A DNA stretch of 45,201 nucleotides, from assembly GCA_026387165.1 (NCBI GenBank), contig JAPLMG010000015.1, positions 1 to 45,201 of the forward strand, given 5' to 3'. The notes beneath the pieces are model-generated. The model saw only the letters and a program-made list of their open reading frames with translations, had not been told where the DNA came from and did not search any database. The stretch is from Candidatus Omnitrophota bacterium. Its GTDB lineage: Bacteria; Omnitrophota; Gorgyraeia; 2-01-FULL-45-10. Every line of letters starts with the position of its first letter. Position 1 is the first letter of the stretch. Positions 9,001 through 21,000 of this stretch are shown here, piece by piece. The position numbers were made by a program, and so were the translations under genes.

Positions 9001-12000
9001 TGGCAAACATATATGATTATGATACGGGGGGTTGGCGTGAGGTGCCGGAATCCCGGGCCTACGAAGATGCACAGGTAATATACGCGGATGAGACGTATCA
9101 CAGATTCTTCCTGCAATCCAAAGAAGGCGTAAGATTCGCGCGCGCGCCGGAACATCTTGGCAGGGTCCTGATGATACACGATGAAGCGGATAACACGCGC
9201 GTCCTGAACAGGACCCCATGCGTTATTTCAGGGGACCTGAAACCGGAAGCGGCCGCGGAAGTAAAGGATATGGAATTTGTCCATGCAAATATTTTGGCCG
9301 AACTGGGCATGAGGGGTGAGCCCGCGATAAAAAGAAGCACGCATTACTTCAAGTCAGACGATGACTCTTCCAGGACGACGCTCGACTGGATATTCGGCTA
9401 TCGGAAACTATTAGCGCTGGTCTTTTTCAAATACCGCGCCCAGATGAAACACAGGCCGTTCTCCGAATGGCGGAGGACGGTCGAGACAGCGCTCACGGCG
9501 CAGAATAACTACCTGCCGGACACCGCGCCGGTGCCGGATAATGGCAGGCATTTTAAATTTTATAAGGTCGACAGGGTTTACGGTGATGTCGTTTCGATAG
9601 AGAACGGCGACCCGAAATACGGCCAGGAGCTTCCCGGCGGGCTGCACGACTCTTTAAGGATCATCGCCAGGACCGCCGATCCGAGCTTAAGCGGCGTGAT
9701 CGAGCCGCGCGGCAGCCGTCAGACTATATCGAGGCTGACGGTTGAAAGCTCTGACGCGCTTCCCTGCATGAGGGCGACCGTTTTGATGACAGCCACGGGG
9801 CGCGAAGCGCTGGGGCAGCTATACCCGGACTTGAAATATGTGGCGGTAGAGAGCGCGTTCCCCGACAACAGGATCGTCAACGCGCCGGTATTCACGGATA
9901 CGGACCCGAATAAATGGAAAGCCATGATCGGCGAAATAGGCAGGCATTTGAGCGGCCCCCAACTCATAGATGTCAGGCACGAAGACATCGGTATCGTAGA
10001 GCAAAAATTGAGGGAGGCATTCGGCTCCCGCGTAGAAGTGGTTGTGTATAAAGGAACCCTGCCAGAGGGCCAGAGAACGGATATTATCGCCAATGCCGGG
10101 AAGCCGGGCCGCATAACACTGATAGATGATACGCTTACCAGAGGCGTCACCATAAAACTATTGGAAGAAGCGTCCAGGCAAGAGGGTCTGCATCTTTACC
10201 TCACACATATAAAATTATTCAAGATCCTCATCGACCAGTTAATAGGCCGTGTCGGCAGGCAGGGACTGCCCGGCACAGTCCACCAATTCTACTCAAAAGA
10301 AGATCTGCGCAAACTGGGGCTTTTGGTAAGCGAGAAGATCCGCGAGAATCTTGTAGAGCCCCTGATGAGAAGATTAGGCCGTCCTATCCCCGGTTCGGGC
10401 GGCGTTTATGAGGACACTGTGCCAGGCGGCAGGCGTAAGTTTGAGGATCTTGAAGGATTGTCAGGGATAGAGGAGGAGATCTTCGGCAGGGACCGTATAC
10501 TCGATACACATCTTGCGGAGACGATGTCGTCACACAGGCGCGAGATCTCAAGGGACGGCCGGATCTACGACGCCGCGGATAAAATATTTGAAGAGATGGC
10601 CGCGGATCCGGAGAGGACCGCAAAGGAAGCTCTCGAAATGATAAATAGTCCGCGCTCGCTGGAGCTTATCAGGCGCAGGGCAGTCTTAATTAAAAGATCA
10701 TCCGTAGAGAGGTCTCTGGCGGAATTATTTACATCCAGTATATTCTATGGCCTTGATGATCCGCAAAGGCAGGCGTTTGTTAGAGCGATAACGCAGCTTA
10801 TAGAAAGAGAAAGGATCGAAGAAGCGGCCGTTAAGATTCGCTCCAGGATCAGAGAAGCGGTCATCCTTCTCGTTGGGCCGCGGGTCGACAGAGCCAGGAC
10901 CGGATATATTACAGCCGCGGAAGAGATGAAGGATGACGGCGCGACAGAAATTGAAAGAAGCGCCGACCAGACTAAAGACGCGTCATTGACCGGCGCCGCG
11001 AAGGCCCGCTTTGAAGGAGAGAGGAAGAACGTAGCGACGATGCTTAAGGCCTCGGCGCTGGAGATGCTTGGCGGTGAGATAGAAGACAAGAGGGCGCAGC
11101 AAAAAGAGATAACCGTATTACCCGGCAAGGCAAGAGTCGCGCGCGTGTCCGTATACGGCGGCCTCACATCGCTCTATTACTATTATATATATCAAGGTAT
11201 AATCTCGCCTCTTCTGTCCAGTGGCGGGCTGGGCCGTTCGGTAGAAGGCCTCTTTAGTTTTCTGCCCGCGATATCGGGTTTAGGCCCGGCTGTTCTGACA
11301 GTGATAACGTTTACAGCTATTATCCTGGTCCTTACGCTAAGATCTTCTTACTTGAAAAGAATAGCGCAGATGAATGTCGCCGACATCAGGATGAAGTGCG
11401 TTCTTACAGGGCAGGAGCCGGCCTTAAAAGAACCGTTACTTTTCGGCAATTATCTTCTCTATAAGCATTTCTTAAATCCCGTGGCATTCATGACGCTGCC
11501 TGTCGCTTTGGTCCTCATGCTGTCCGCTACCTCACCTTTAATGCTGGGCCTTGTAGGCATGACTGTCACGCAGGCGCTAGTCGCCGCGGCGTTTTCAGGA
11601 GTATCGGGCCTGATAGCCTCTCTTCTTATCATGGTTGTCTACGGCAGGCAGAAAGTGCCCGGAAGCGAAAAGGAAGAGCCGCCCCTGGTTTGGGCGGAGA
11701 AATCCGTAAAGGGGTATAAGATCAACCTGGCTTCCATATCCCGGGGCGCCGCGCTGGTGATCGCCGCAAAAATATTATATCCCGCCCTGATTTCCGGCGG
11801 AATGATGAGCGTTTTAATAGCGCCCGTCATCGTGCTGGGCGCGGTATTGGCAAGCCATCTCCTTTTAAAACGCTTTTTCGCGGTCCAAAAAGGAGGAGGC
11901 ATTGAATCTAAAACATTTTTTGGAGGCAGAAGCTCACTTCTCGGATACGCGATCGGCGCCGGCCTGGCCGTTACGGTCCTGTCAATTGCCCTGAGCGCGA

Positions 12001-15000
12001 GCGGCGGTGTTGCCCTGTATGCGGGAATAGCCGGGCTTATAATGACAGGCGCGTATGCATTATCAGGCGCGATGCAATTTGCCGGACAATCGAAATCCGT
12101 CGTGACCAGGGCGGGGGTAGGACGAAAATATCTTGGCGAAAAGGGCTTTGCCAATATAATCCTGGGGGTCATCGAGAACGCCTCTATGAATCTTATCATG
12201 CTGGCGCCGGTAATACTTACGATCGCGCAATTCAATATAAAATCCTTCTTTATCGCTTCGGTAGCGCCTTCGGCGCTGGCGCTCTCGGGTTATATTTTAG
12301 CTCCTTTGTTCCTCCTGATCGGCGTCTATCTGATCCTGGCTTATAAAGATATCGTGCCCATGGTAAGGTCGAAAAAGGTCATGGCCGCCCTCGGTATCGC
12401 GTCAGCCGGAAGCGTTGCGCTGGGCGCGTACCGGCAAAATATTCAGGCAGCTACCGCCTCTCAGCAGGCGCTGGAAGATTATTTCACAAGGCTGGAAGAG
12501 AAGCTCGGCCCAAGCCGGGGGGTCAGTCCTGAGGTGGTTGCAAGACGTGATAGGCTTGTTGCGCAGGCGTACCGCGACCTGACCGCAGAGGCCCAGAAGA
12601 GCGTCACCATTTCTACAGATGCCATCATAGGGAAGATCGCTTCGGAGAGATTCAATCAAGCCCTGCAGCCGTACCTGGATAGTTACAATGCCGCGAGCGC
12701 AGCCGCGAATACCGCTTTGGCACAGAAAGATAAGCCCGATTTCAAGAAAGCCCAAGAGGAATTCGGCAAGGCCGCCGCCGCGCTTGCCGGGATAAATAAT
12801 ATCGATCCCAATCTCATGAAGTTTACAGAAATTACGGAGCCCAAAGGCTTTGTCTTAGCTCTAAACAGGGCGGCAAGATATATCGCGGGCGTGGCCAGGG
12901 TATCTCCCGACCGGGTGCCTTTCGGAGTTATAAGAAAAAATATTACTATCGCAGAGCAGATCGCGAAGCTGAATAAGCAGAAAGACGATATCGCAAAAGA
13001 GGCGCGGCTCTTTCCTTATAGAGAGCAATATAAGGAGGGTGTCAATAATGTAACCGCCGCCTTTTCCGGGGAAGGCCTTCCTGATTTTGCGGCCATAGAT
13101 AGCGCGTTTACAAAAGCAGCCGGCGCTCTTATCGAAATAAATAAGATAGATCCGAAGATCGTCACAGAAGAGCAGATCGGGAATTTGAAAAAGAAGCAAG
13201 AGGCGTATTCCAAGCTCGCGAAGTTCGCGACGCCGGAAGGCGGCATGGCAGCTGTCGGGCCGGCTGCTGGGCCGGGACCGGGCGCAGGCGCGCCTCCGCC
13301 TCCTCCGGAAGATAAGGCAGCTACGCAAGCTGCAGCGATCCCGGGCGCGCCGGGCATGGCGGCGCAGGCAATTGCCGCCGCTTCGATGGGTCAATTGCCG
13401 TCAACCACGGACCAACCCGATATAAAATTTGCCGTAACGCCGGAGATGGCGGGCGTCATAGCGCAAAACGCGAGTTATTTTGCCTACGATATCGGCGTGG
13501 ATAGGGCCACAGGCCTTCCGTATAACCACATAGTTCTTTCCGGCAACTCGATCTCTTCAACAGGCGCATACTGTAATCCCACCGACATAGGGCTATATCT
13601 GGATATAATGGCCTCCGTAGCCAACGGCAAAATTAAGATGAAAAGCGTGACGCCCCAGGAAGCATTGGGCAGAATTAAGAAGGCGCTGGGCACTTTATTA
13701 AATATACAAAAACGCGCCGCCGACAACTGGAAAGGTCTATTCAGCTGGTATCAATTTAGGGGCGGAAACGCGGTCAGGGATGAGGCGAGCAAAGTATCAG
13801 CCGTTGATAACGCAAACCTGTGCTGGTCTCTTGCCGCGGTTATCGGAGCTCTTCAGGGTGACCCCGCAAACAAAGGTATTGTAAATGCCGCGAATGATAT
13901 TATAAATGCTCAAGCCTCCGGATGGGCGGATCTTTATGACAGCGATAAAGGGCTAATGCGCGCCGGTTACGATTTAACGGGAAGAGGCTATTTAACATAC
14001 TGGCTCGACAGAAGATATAACGAAAGCAGGACCGCGACGGCGTGGGCTATACTGCACAGTAACGGTAAAGTGCCCGTAAGCGCCTTTACGAATATGAAAT
14101 ATCCGTCCAACCCTGAACAATACGCTACAAGTGACGGCAAAAATATCACTGGGCGCATGTCATGGGACGGCGCTATATTCCAGGCGCTGATGCCGCTATT
14201 GTGGATCGACGAGAACCGGATATCTCCGGATAGCTACGCAAGAGCGCACAGGGATACGGTCGAAGTCCAGATAGATCATGCGATGAAAACGAAAAAACTG
14301 CCCGCGCTGCTCTCGACATCATACGGGACGGACGGGAATTACAGGGCTTATGGTGTACCTGCCCTTGCGGAGACGGTAGTCAGTTTCGGAAATAAAAATC
14401 AAGTATTTGATGACGTCGCATCACCGCATACGTTGGCGCTTGCGGCGCTTGTTGATTATGACAGAGCTAGTGGTCTCATAACCAATCTCGAAAAGAAGCA
14501 TCCCAAGATAAAGACGCCGTATGGTTGGAGGGATGGCATAAATGCGCGCGGAGAAACGAGCGATACCATATGCGCGATCGACCAGGGCATGCTGGTTTTG
14601 GCGCTCCTGGGCCCGACGAATTCCGGTTATGTATCGGCTTATCTTAATAATGTCGAAGGGCGGATGGATCAGCTTTATTGGATCTACGGCGCAAAAAGGC
14701 CGGTAGCTGAAACCAAACCGAAAACCGAAGTTAAGGCTGCAGCGGAAACCAGGCCATCTGCCGAAACAGAGCCCGCTGCCGCAGCGCGCGCGGCGCCTAA
14801 GACGATAGGTTTTACAACTCTGCCGAAAGATATTGCCCAGCGGCTCGGCGCGAATCTGCTCGACAATATGGATAGATTTTCGGGTACTATAACCCCGGAG
14901 AAAAAAGAAGGGGTTTTTCAGATGCCGGCCGCAGAACATGGATGGACAGGAACGACAGTAGGCAATAAAAACTTAACCGGTTTCAAATACGCATATATCG

Positions 15001-18000
15001 AAGTGCGTAATACAGGCGGGGAAGATAAAACGTTTAAACTGGAGCTTAAGGGTATATTTGACGGCAAGAAGGTTGTGAGGCTGCCTAATGATGATAAATG
15101 GCATCTAATCCCCATAGAATTGCCAGGCGACGCCGCCTCACCGTTGGGTTATTTTGCCATATCCGATATTTTAAGCGCGTTTGAATTGAGAGGGGTATAT
15201 TTTTCCAAGGAGACGATAGAAATAGCGGCTCCTGAGGTCCAGAGGGTTCCTAAGCCGCAAGCGAAGCCGGCGGCAGCATCTGCTACAACGGCAACTGCGT
15301 CGGATGCGGCTACACCGGCGCCGGCGGTGACGTCCGCGCCTGCGACACAGCCTGCGCCTAAACCTGCGGTCAAGAAGAAACCTGTAGAGCAGGGAGCTCG
15401 CCCCACTACGTGGGAAGCGGCGCCTGCGCCCGCGCCGGCAGCAACTTCCGAAAAAGTCAGAGAAGATATCAGATCGTTATTCGTTTCGGCCGGCGCGGCA
15501 CTTGACGCGGCGGACAAAGCGCTTGATGCAAGAGACGCTGCCGGGGCGTCGAAGTCAATATCTGCGGCCAGCGGGAAATTCGGAGAACTCGTTTCGCTCT
15601 GGCAGCTGAATGAGCCCGTGGAAGAGAAGGCGCTGAAGGACCTGCAGGATCGCGTGCTCGACACGGCCGCCAGGCGCTCGAAAGAAGCGGAGCGTGAAAG
15701 ATCTATAAGTGGATGGTTAGGGTCGGTCCCGCAGCAGCTGCAGTGGGCGGCCGAACTTCTGCCCCCGCCAGCTAAGCCTGAACCAAAGGTGGCCGAACCT
15801 GAGCCGGTAGAGCGCGGCCTTAACATGTTATGCATAGCCGGGTTCTCTTTACTTCCGAACAGGGATCTGGAAACGTCCGTATCCCCGATATCAAATGACC
15901 TCGGATCAAGAGGTTATAAGGTAAGCCTCATAAAGCCGGGCGACCATATATTCCCGGATGGATTCGGAGAGTCGGGCGGGCACTATGTGGGAGAAGAGGC
16001 GTACATGGAGTGGTATGAATCGCACGACCCCGTTGTGCTCATCGGCACGGGCGCCTCGTCCGACGACGTCATGGGCGCGGCTAAAAAATTCATAGAGCTC
16101 GGCGGCAGGGCCGCGGATATCTTTATCGTACTCGTGGACGGCAATGCGGATTATGTAAAGAGCCTGCCTGATGGCGTGAAAGTATTGAGTTTTCATTCCG
16201 CGGCGTCGGGTGAGTTCGGGCCGATCAAAGGGGCCGCGAAGAATATAAGGATAGAAGGCGTCTCGCACAGAGATATCATAAAGGATAACGCTGTCGTACG
16301 GGGAAAGATAGTTTACGAGCTGTACGCCGCGCTCGAGGAGCGTGAACCGAGGCCGGTAAGGAAGGCGCCCGCAGCGCCCGTAAAGATCGCGGAGAATATT
16401 TTAGGTCTGATAGCCGATGCTGACGTCGCGCTTAAAATGGCGCGTGTAGAGCTCGCAAAGAATGAAGCCGGCAAAAACAGAGCGCGCATATATATTAAAA
16501 AAGCGGAGGACGCATTAAATAATCTTAAAAAACTGAAGGCGGAAGAAAAATATATATCGGCCCTCGGCGCTAGGATCGCCGCGTTTAACCGGCCTGCCGC
16601 CATTGAGCAAGACGATAAGATGGCCAGAAGAGATCCGGTGGTCGCGCAGGTTGAAGTATCCGAGATCGCCGGTATCATAGGCAGCGCTTTCCGCAAATAC
16701 GCATACAGCGATACCGCGGCAGGAAGCAAAGAGGGCGCTTACTTAAGTATGGATTCCCTTGCCGGGGAACTCGCGCTTGATATGCGTTATTATCTCGATT
16801 TCCAGCGGGATAAAGATGGTAAAAGCATAACGGCGCAGGACGTAAGGGAGGCCGCGGGCATAGCGTTAAGCGAGTGGCTCGCGAGGAATCCTGAAGCCGG
16901 CAATGATTTGCCCGGAATAATAGCCGATCTTATCACGGAAGAGACCGGGGTGATATTAAGGACGCTTTACATAGATGTTCCCGGATCCGAGGCAGAGGCA
17001 GCGGCCGACAATATTGCCGCCAGGGCCGCCGGGATGACGGGCAAGATCTCCGCCGGGATCGTAGGCAATGTCGCCTCCGCATTGACCGCAAAGCGTCCTG
17101 CACAGCCACCCGTGATGGAGATAAGAAGGCCGCTTAAAGCGAGAAGCCCTAAAGGCCGCAACAACGAATATGACATCAAATATAACGACTGGAGGCTGAT
17201 GGCCTATACTTTCGGAGAGGGCGCCGGCGCGAGAGATGGCGCGAGGTACGGATTGTTCGGGGCCGGCCACATAAAATACGGCTCAGGCGACGAATGGTTC
17301 CAGCCGAGGGACATCCCGGAAGCTGTCATGACAAGGAGAGACGGATTCTGGAAAGGATGTAAGAGGCTTCTCTTTAAAGAAGATATACAGGCCCTTAAGG
17401 ATAAGGGCTGGGAATTCTATAGTCCCGAAGAGGAGCCGCACATATCATACGAGAATATGACCGCCGCCGGTATCTTCATGGCGTCGCTGGAAAACATAGA
17501 TAATTATACAAGAATGAACGAAATAGCGAAGCAGCTGGGCATAGTCCTTACGGCTGACGACAAATTCCACCTGGATCTCATCGCGCAGGCCTCATTACCG
17601 GGAGGCGTGAGCGGCGGAGTCCAGCTTTGGTTCTATCTTAAGAACCCGGCCAAAGAGGTGAATGAAGAGATATCGTCGCAGAAAGAGAACCTGCAGAAGT
17701 TTGTCCGCTGTGACTATGTGCAGAAGATGCTCAACAATATATATGGCCTGAGGACGGCCCACAGGGAGGCGTCGGCGAGACTTAAGAACATGGAGAATTT
17801 CAAGGCGGAATTTGAGGAGATAGCAAAGCTCGCCGAGGCTAATAAGACGATAGAGAGAGCGGGATTTAAGATAGAGTCAACGAGAAAGATGATAGACGAT
17901 GCCATACGGACGGAGACCGATAAGATAATAGACGCGCGTACGGCGCTGAACAAGATAATGCGGCGCGCTCCCGAAGCTCCGTTTACTCTCAGCGAAGAGG

Positions 18001-21000
18001 AGTTCGTCGAATGGGACAGCCCTGAGTCGAAGAAAAGAGCTGATGTGCTGGAAAAGCAGATAACAGATAACATGGGCATGGCCCAGGCATCCTTCGCTTC
18101 CGAAGTCGGGTTAGCGAAAGCACATAAGAATCTGGGCGATCTGGGTTATGCGCTTGCCAAGGCCCGGAAGGAGCTGAGTATACTTCTGGGCATAAGCATC
18201 ATGTACGGATCCGACTCCGGAGCGAGCTCCGGCTTTATGCTGGAGTTCCGCAGGGACAAAAAGACAGATCTCATGGTATCCCGCCTGGGGGCGTTCAATG
18301 CGATCGCCGCGTTAAAGAATACCGAAGAGATGGCCGTGGTAAGAAGCGCCGTGCTCGCTAAAAGGCTTGATGCCATAAGAGAAGAGCTCGACTTTCTTAA
18401 TAAGAAATTGGCGCCCGCGACGCTAAAGATAAAAGAGGCCGAAGCCGAGCGTTACAAGACAACCGGGGATAAAGAAGGCCAGCCCCAGGTGCAGGTTGCC
18501 GATGTCAACGCCGCATATGCGGCGTACTTCTCCATACTGGATACTATCGCCCAGGCCCAGGCGGAGATAGAGAATATTGAGCGGGAAACCTCGACTCTCA
18601 AAAACTCGCTTACAGTCAAGACCAAAGAGATGGAGGATAAATTCAAGACGAAGGACAGCCTCATAGAGGCGCTCGTCAAGGCCGGGCAGGCCGAGATGAG
18701 GAAGCTTGACGCGACTCAAGTAACGCACATATCTCAAGATCCGCTATCCGAGATCGACGCCGGTATAAAAAATTCAGCCCAGGTCCTGGCGCTGGTGAAT
18801 GAAGAGACCGCCGCCAAGAGGGCCATGCAGGCGGTGCTTGCCCAGATACCTCAGGCCAAAAAATTCAAGGCGCTACTTAAGGAGAGGGAAGAGCTTGAAG
18901 CGGCGTATTATGAGGAGTACGAGAAGAGCCCTAACGAAGATACCGTAAAGAGGTTTATGGCCAAGAGCAGGGAGCTCGAGAAGAAGATAGACGTCATAAT
19001 GAATAACCTGCTCGATTTCGTGAATAAGACTGTTGAAGGTAAACAGGCGACGCTCGTGGGACAGAACTGGCTGGAAAAATTATTCAATGTCCGCAAGACG
19101 GTGAAATGCGAAGCGGTAGACATAGAGGGGTCGTTACCATCGGGCGGATTGTCTCTCAAGCTAAAGCTATTGATAGGTAAAGAATATTACGGTGAAGTGC
19201 GCCTCTTGAACCTCGCATGGCAGAAGGCGCAGAACAGGACCGTTAGCGCCAGGAATACGGTAGCACACAATATCGTTACGGCGCTGAATCAGATGAGGCA
19301 TACCAGGCTTTACCTCGCGGGAGAGAATAGCAGGCTTAAGGAGTCCGAGGCCGCGGCCAGGAGAATAGTAGAGAGGATCGCGGAATGGGAAAGCCGTCCG
19401 GATTCCGGAGAGCGGACGGAAGAGCTTAAAAAGCTTAAAGAGAACATGGCGAAAGAAGAAGCCCGCGGCGCGGAAATATCGATCAATGTCACAAGGGCCA
19501 AGACGCGCTTTAGCGAGCTGGAGATATCTTACAAGACCCTATTGGGCGTAGATCAGAAGACAGTTATTGATGTAAGCGTAATTATTGACTCATCGGACGA
19601 TAAGTTCAGGGACGCGGTAATGTTTGCGCTCTTTGATAAGGAAAAAGGACGGTTCGACAAGCGCCAGCTCAACAAGGAGAGGCAGATCAATATCGACATA
19701 CTCAGGGCCATAGACTACATGGCCAATGAAGATATACCTATACCGATAGAAATATTCATAGGCATGACAGGGGCGGGCATATACGCGGAATTGTTCAACG
19801 GAGACAAGAGGAGGCAGGTGGTCATCGGCAGAAAAGAGTCCGCCGGCGCTCTGAAGAGAGGGCTCGAGGCGTATAAGGACGAAGGCGCCGGGCTTTATAA
19901 TTCCAAACTCAACGCTGTAGACGAAAAAGATATAGCACTGGAACTTGCCGGACTTTTCCGCGGGAAGATAGAAAAAGCCGTTCTCGATGTCGAAAATGGC
20001 CCACGGGAAGAATCGGCATATGATGCGGACATCGACAGTCTCTCCCGAAAAGCGGACTATTTTAGGACGGTGCAGGACGAAGAGAGCGCCTTCGCGAACC
20101 ACCTCAACGCGTCCATAGTGGCCTCCGAACTCGACGACCCGGAAATTAAGGGCAAAGACACGAGAACTACCATAAGAGTTCCCGGCCTCAACAACCTGAC
20201 GATGAAGGATAAGAGCGCCGCGATAGAGGTTATGACTGCAAAAGAAGTGCTCAGCGCGGAGAAGGCGGCGTTCTTTTACAGGCCGCTCAGCGTATACGGA
20301 TTCGCGGTTATAGGATACGGCGCGCAGGGGGCTTATGTCAGCGGCGGCGGCGGAGCGGCCTCCGGCATCCCTGATACCGGTTCCAGCGGCAAATTGGGGC
20401 CATACGGTCCTATAATAGGCCCAAGCGGAGTCCCAGGCGGAGGCTCAGGCGGAGGCCCTGGCGCAATTCCAGGCGGAGGCAGCGGCAGCGGATCCGGCGC
20501 CAGCGCATCCAAAGGAGGCGGCGGAGGAGGCAGCAGTATCGCATTTAATGTAGGGTTGAACTTCGAGTATGAAATAAAAAAGCTGCTCAGCCAGGATCTC
20601 CCAAAAGCCAAAGAAAAATTAAAACTTTCAAAATTCGCTGAAGCCAAGGCCAACGGCGATAAGACGGTCATAGCGAGATCGATGGCGGCCAACATCATGT
20701 CCGAAGTCAACATGCTGGATTTGGCCAAGAGGCAGAAGCAAAGAGCCAGTGATGATAAGCTGCGGGTCGCCGGCCTATCCGACTCGTCCTTAAAAGGGAT
20801 CAGAAAATTGGGCGGGATGGAAGACGTGTCGGCGGAAGCGGACGTTTTTGTAAGAATATCCGAAAAAAGATCAAATCAGGCGCGGCTCGGGTACCAGACC
20901 GCCGCCGGCGAAACGAACGCCGATGTCATCATGACCCAAACGCAGAAAGAGACAATGGCTTTAAGTCCCGAGATGAGGGATCTTGTCGCGCCGTTCGCTT

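Noticed and set aside
15818-16300. Possible alpha/beta-hydrolase (lipase/esterase) domain: LCIAGFS...VVLIGTGASSDD...VSHRDI
   Set aside because: The alternating beta/alpha pattern and a late His are suggestive, but there is no canonical GxSxG nucleophile elbow. I recognise no family motif, so it is left as unassigned.
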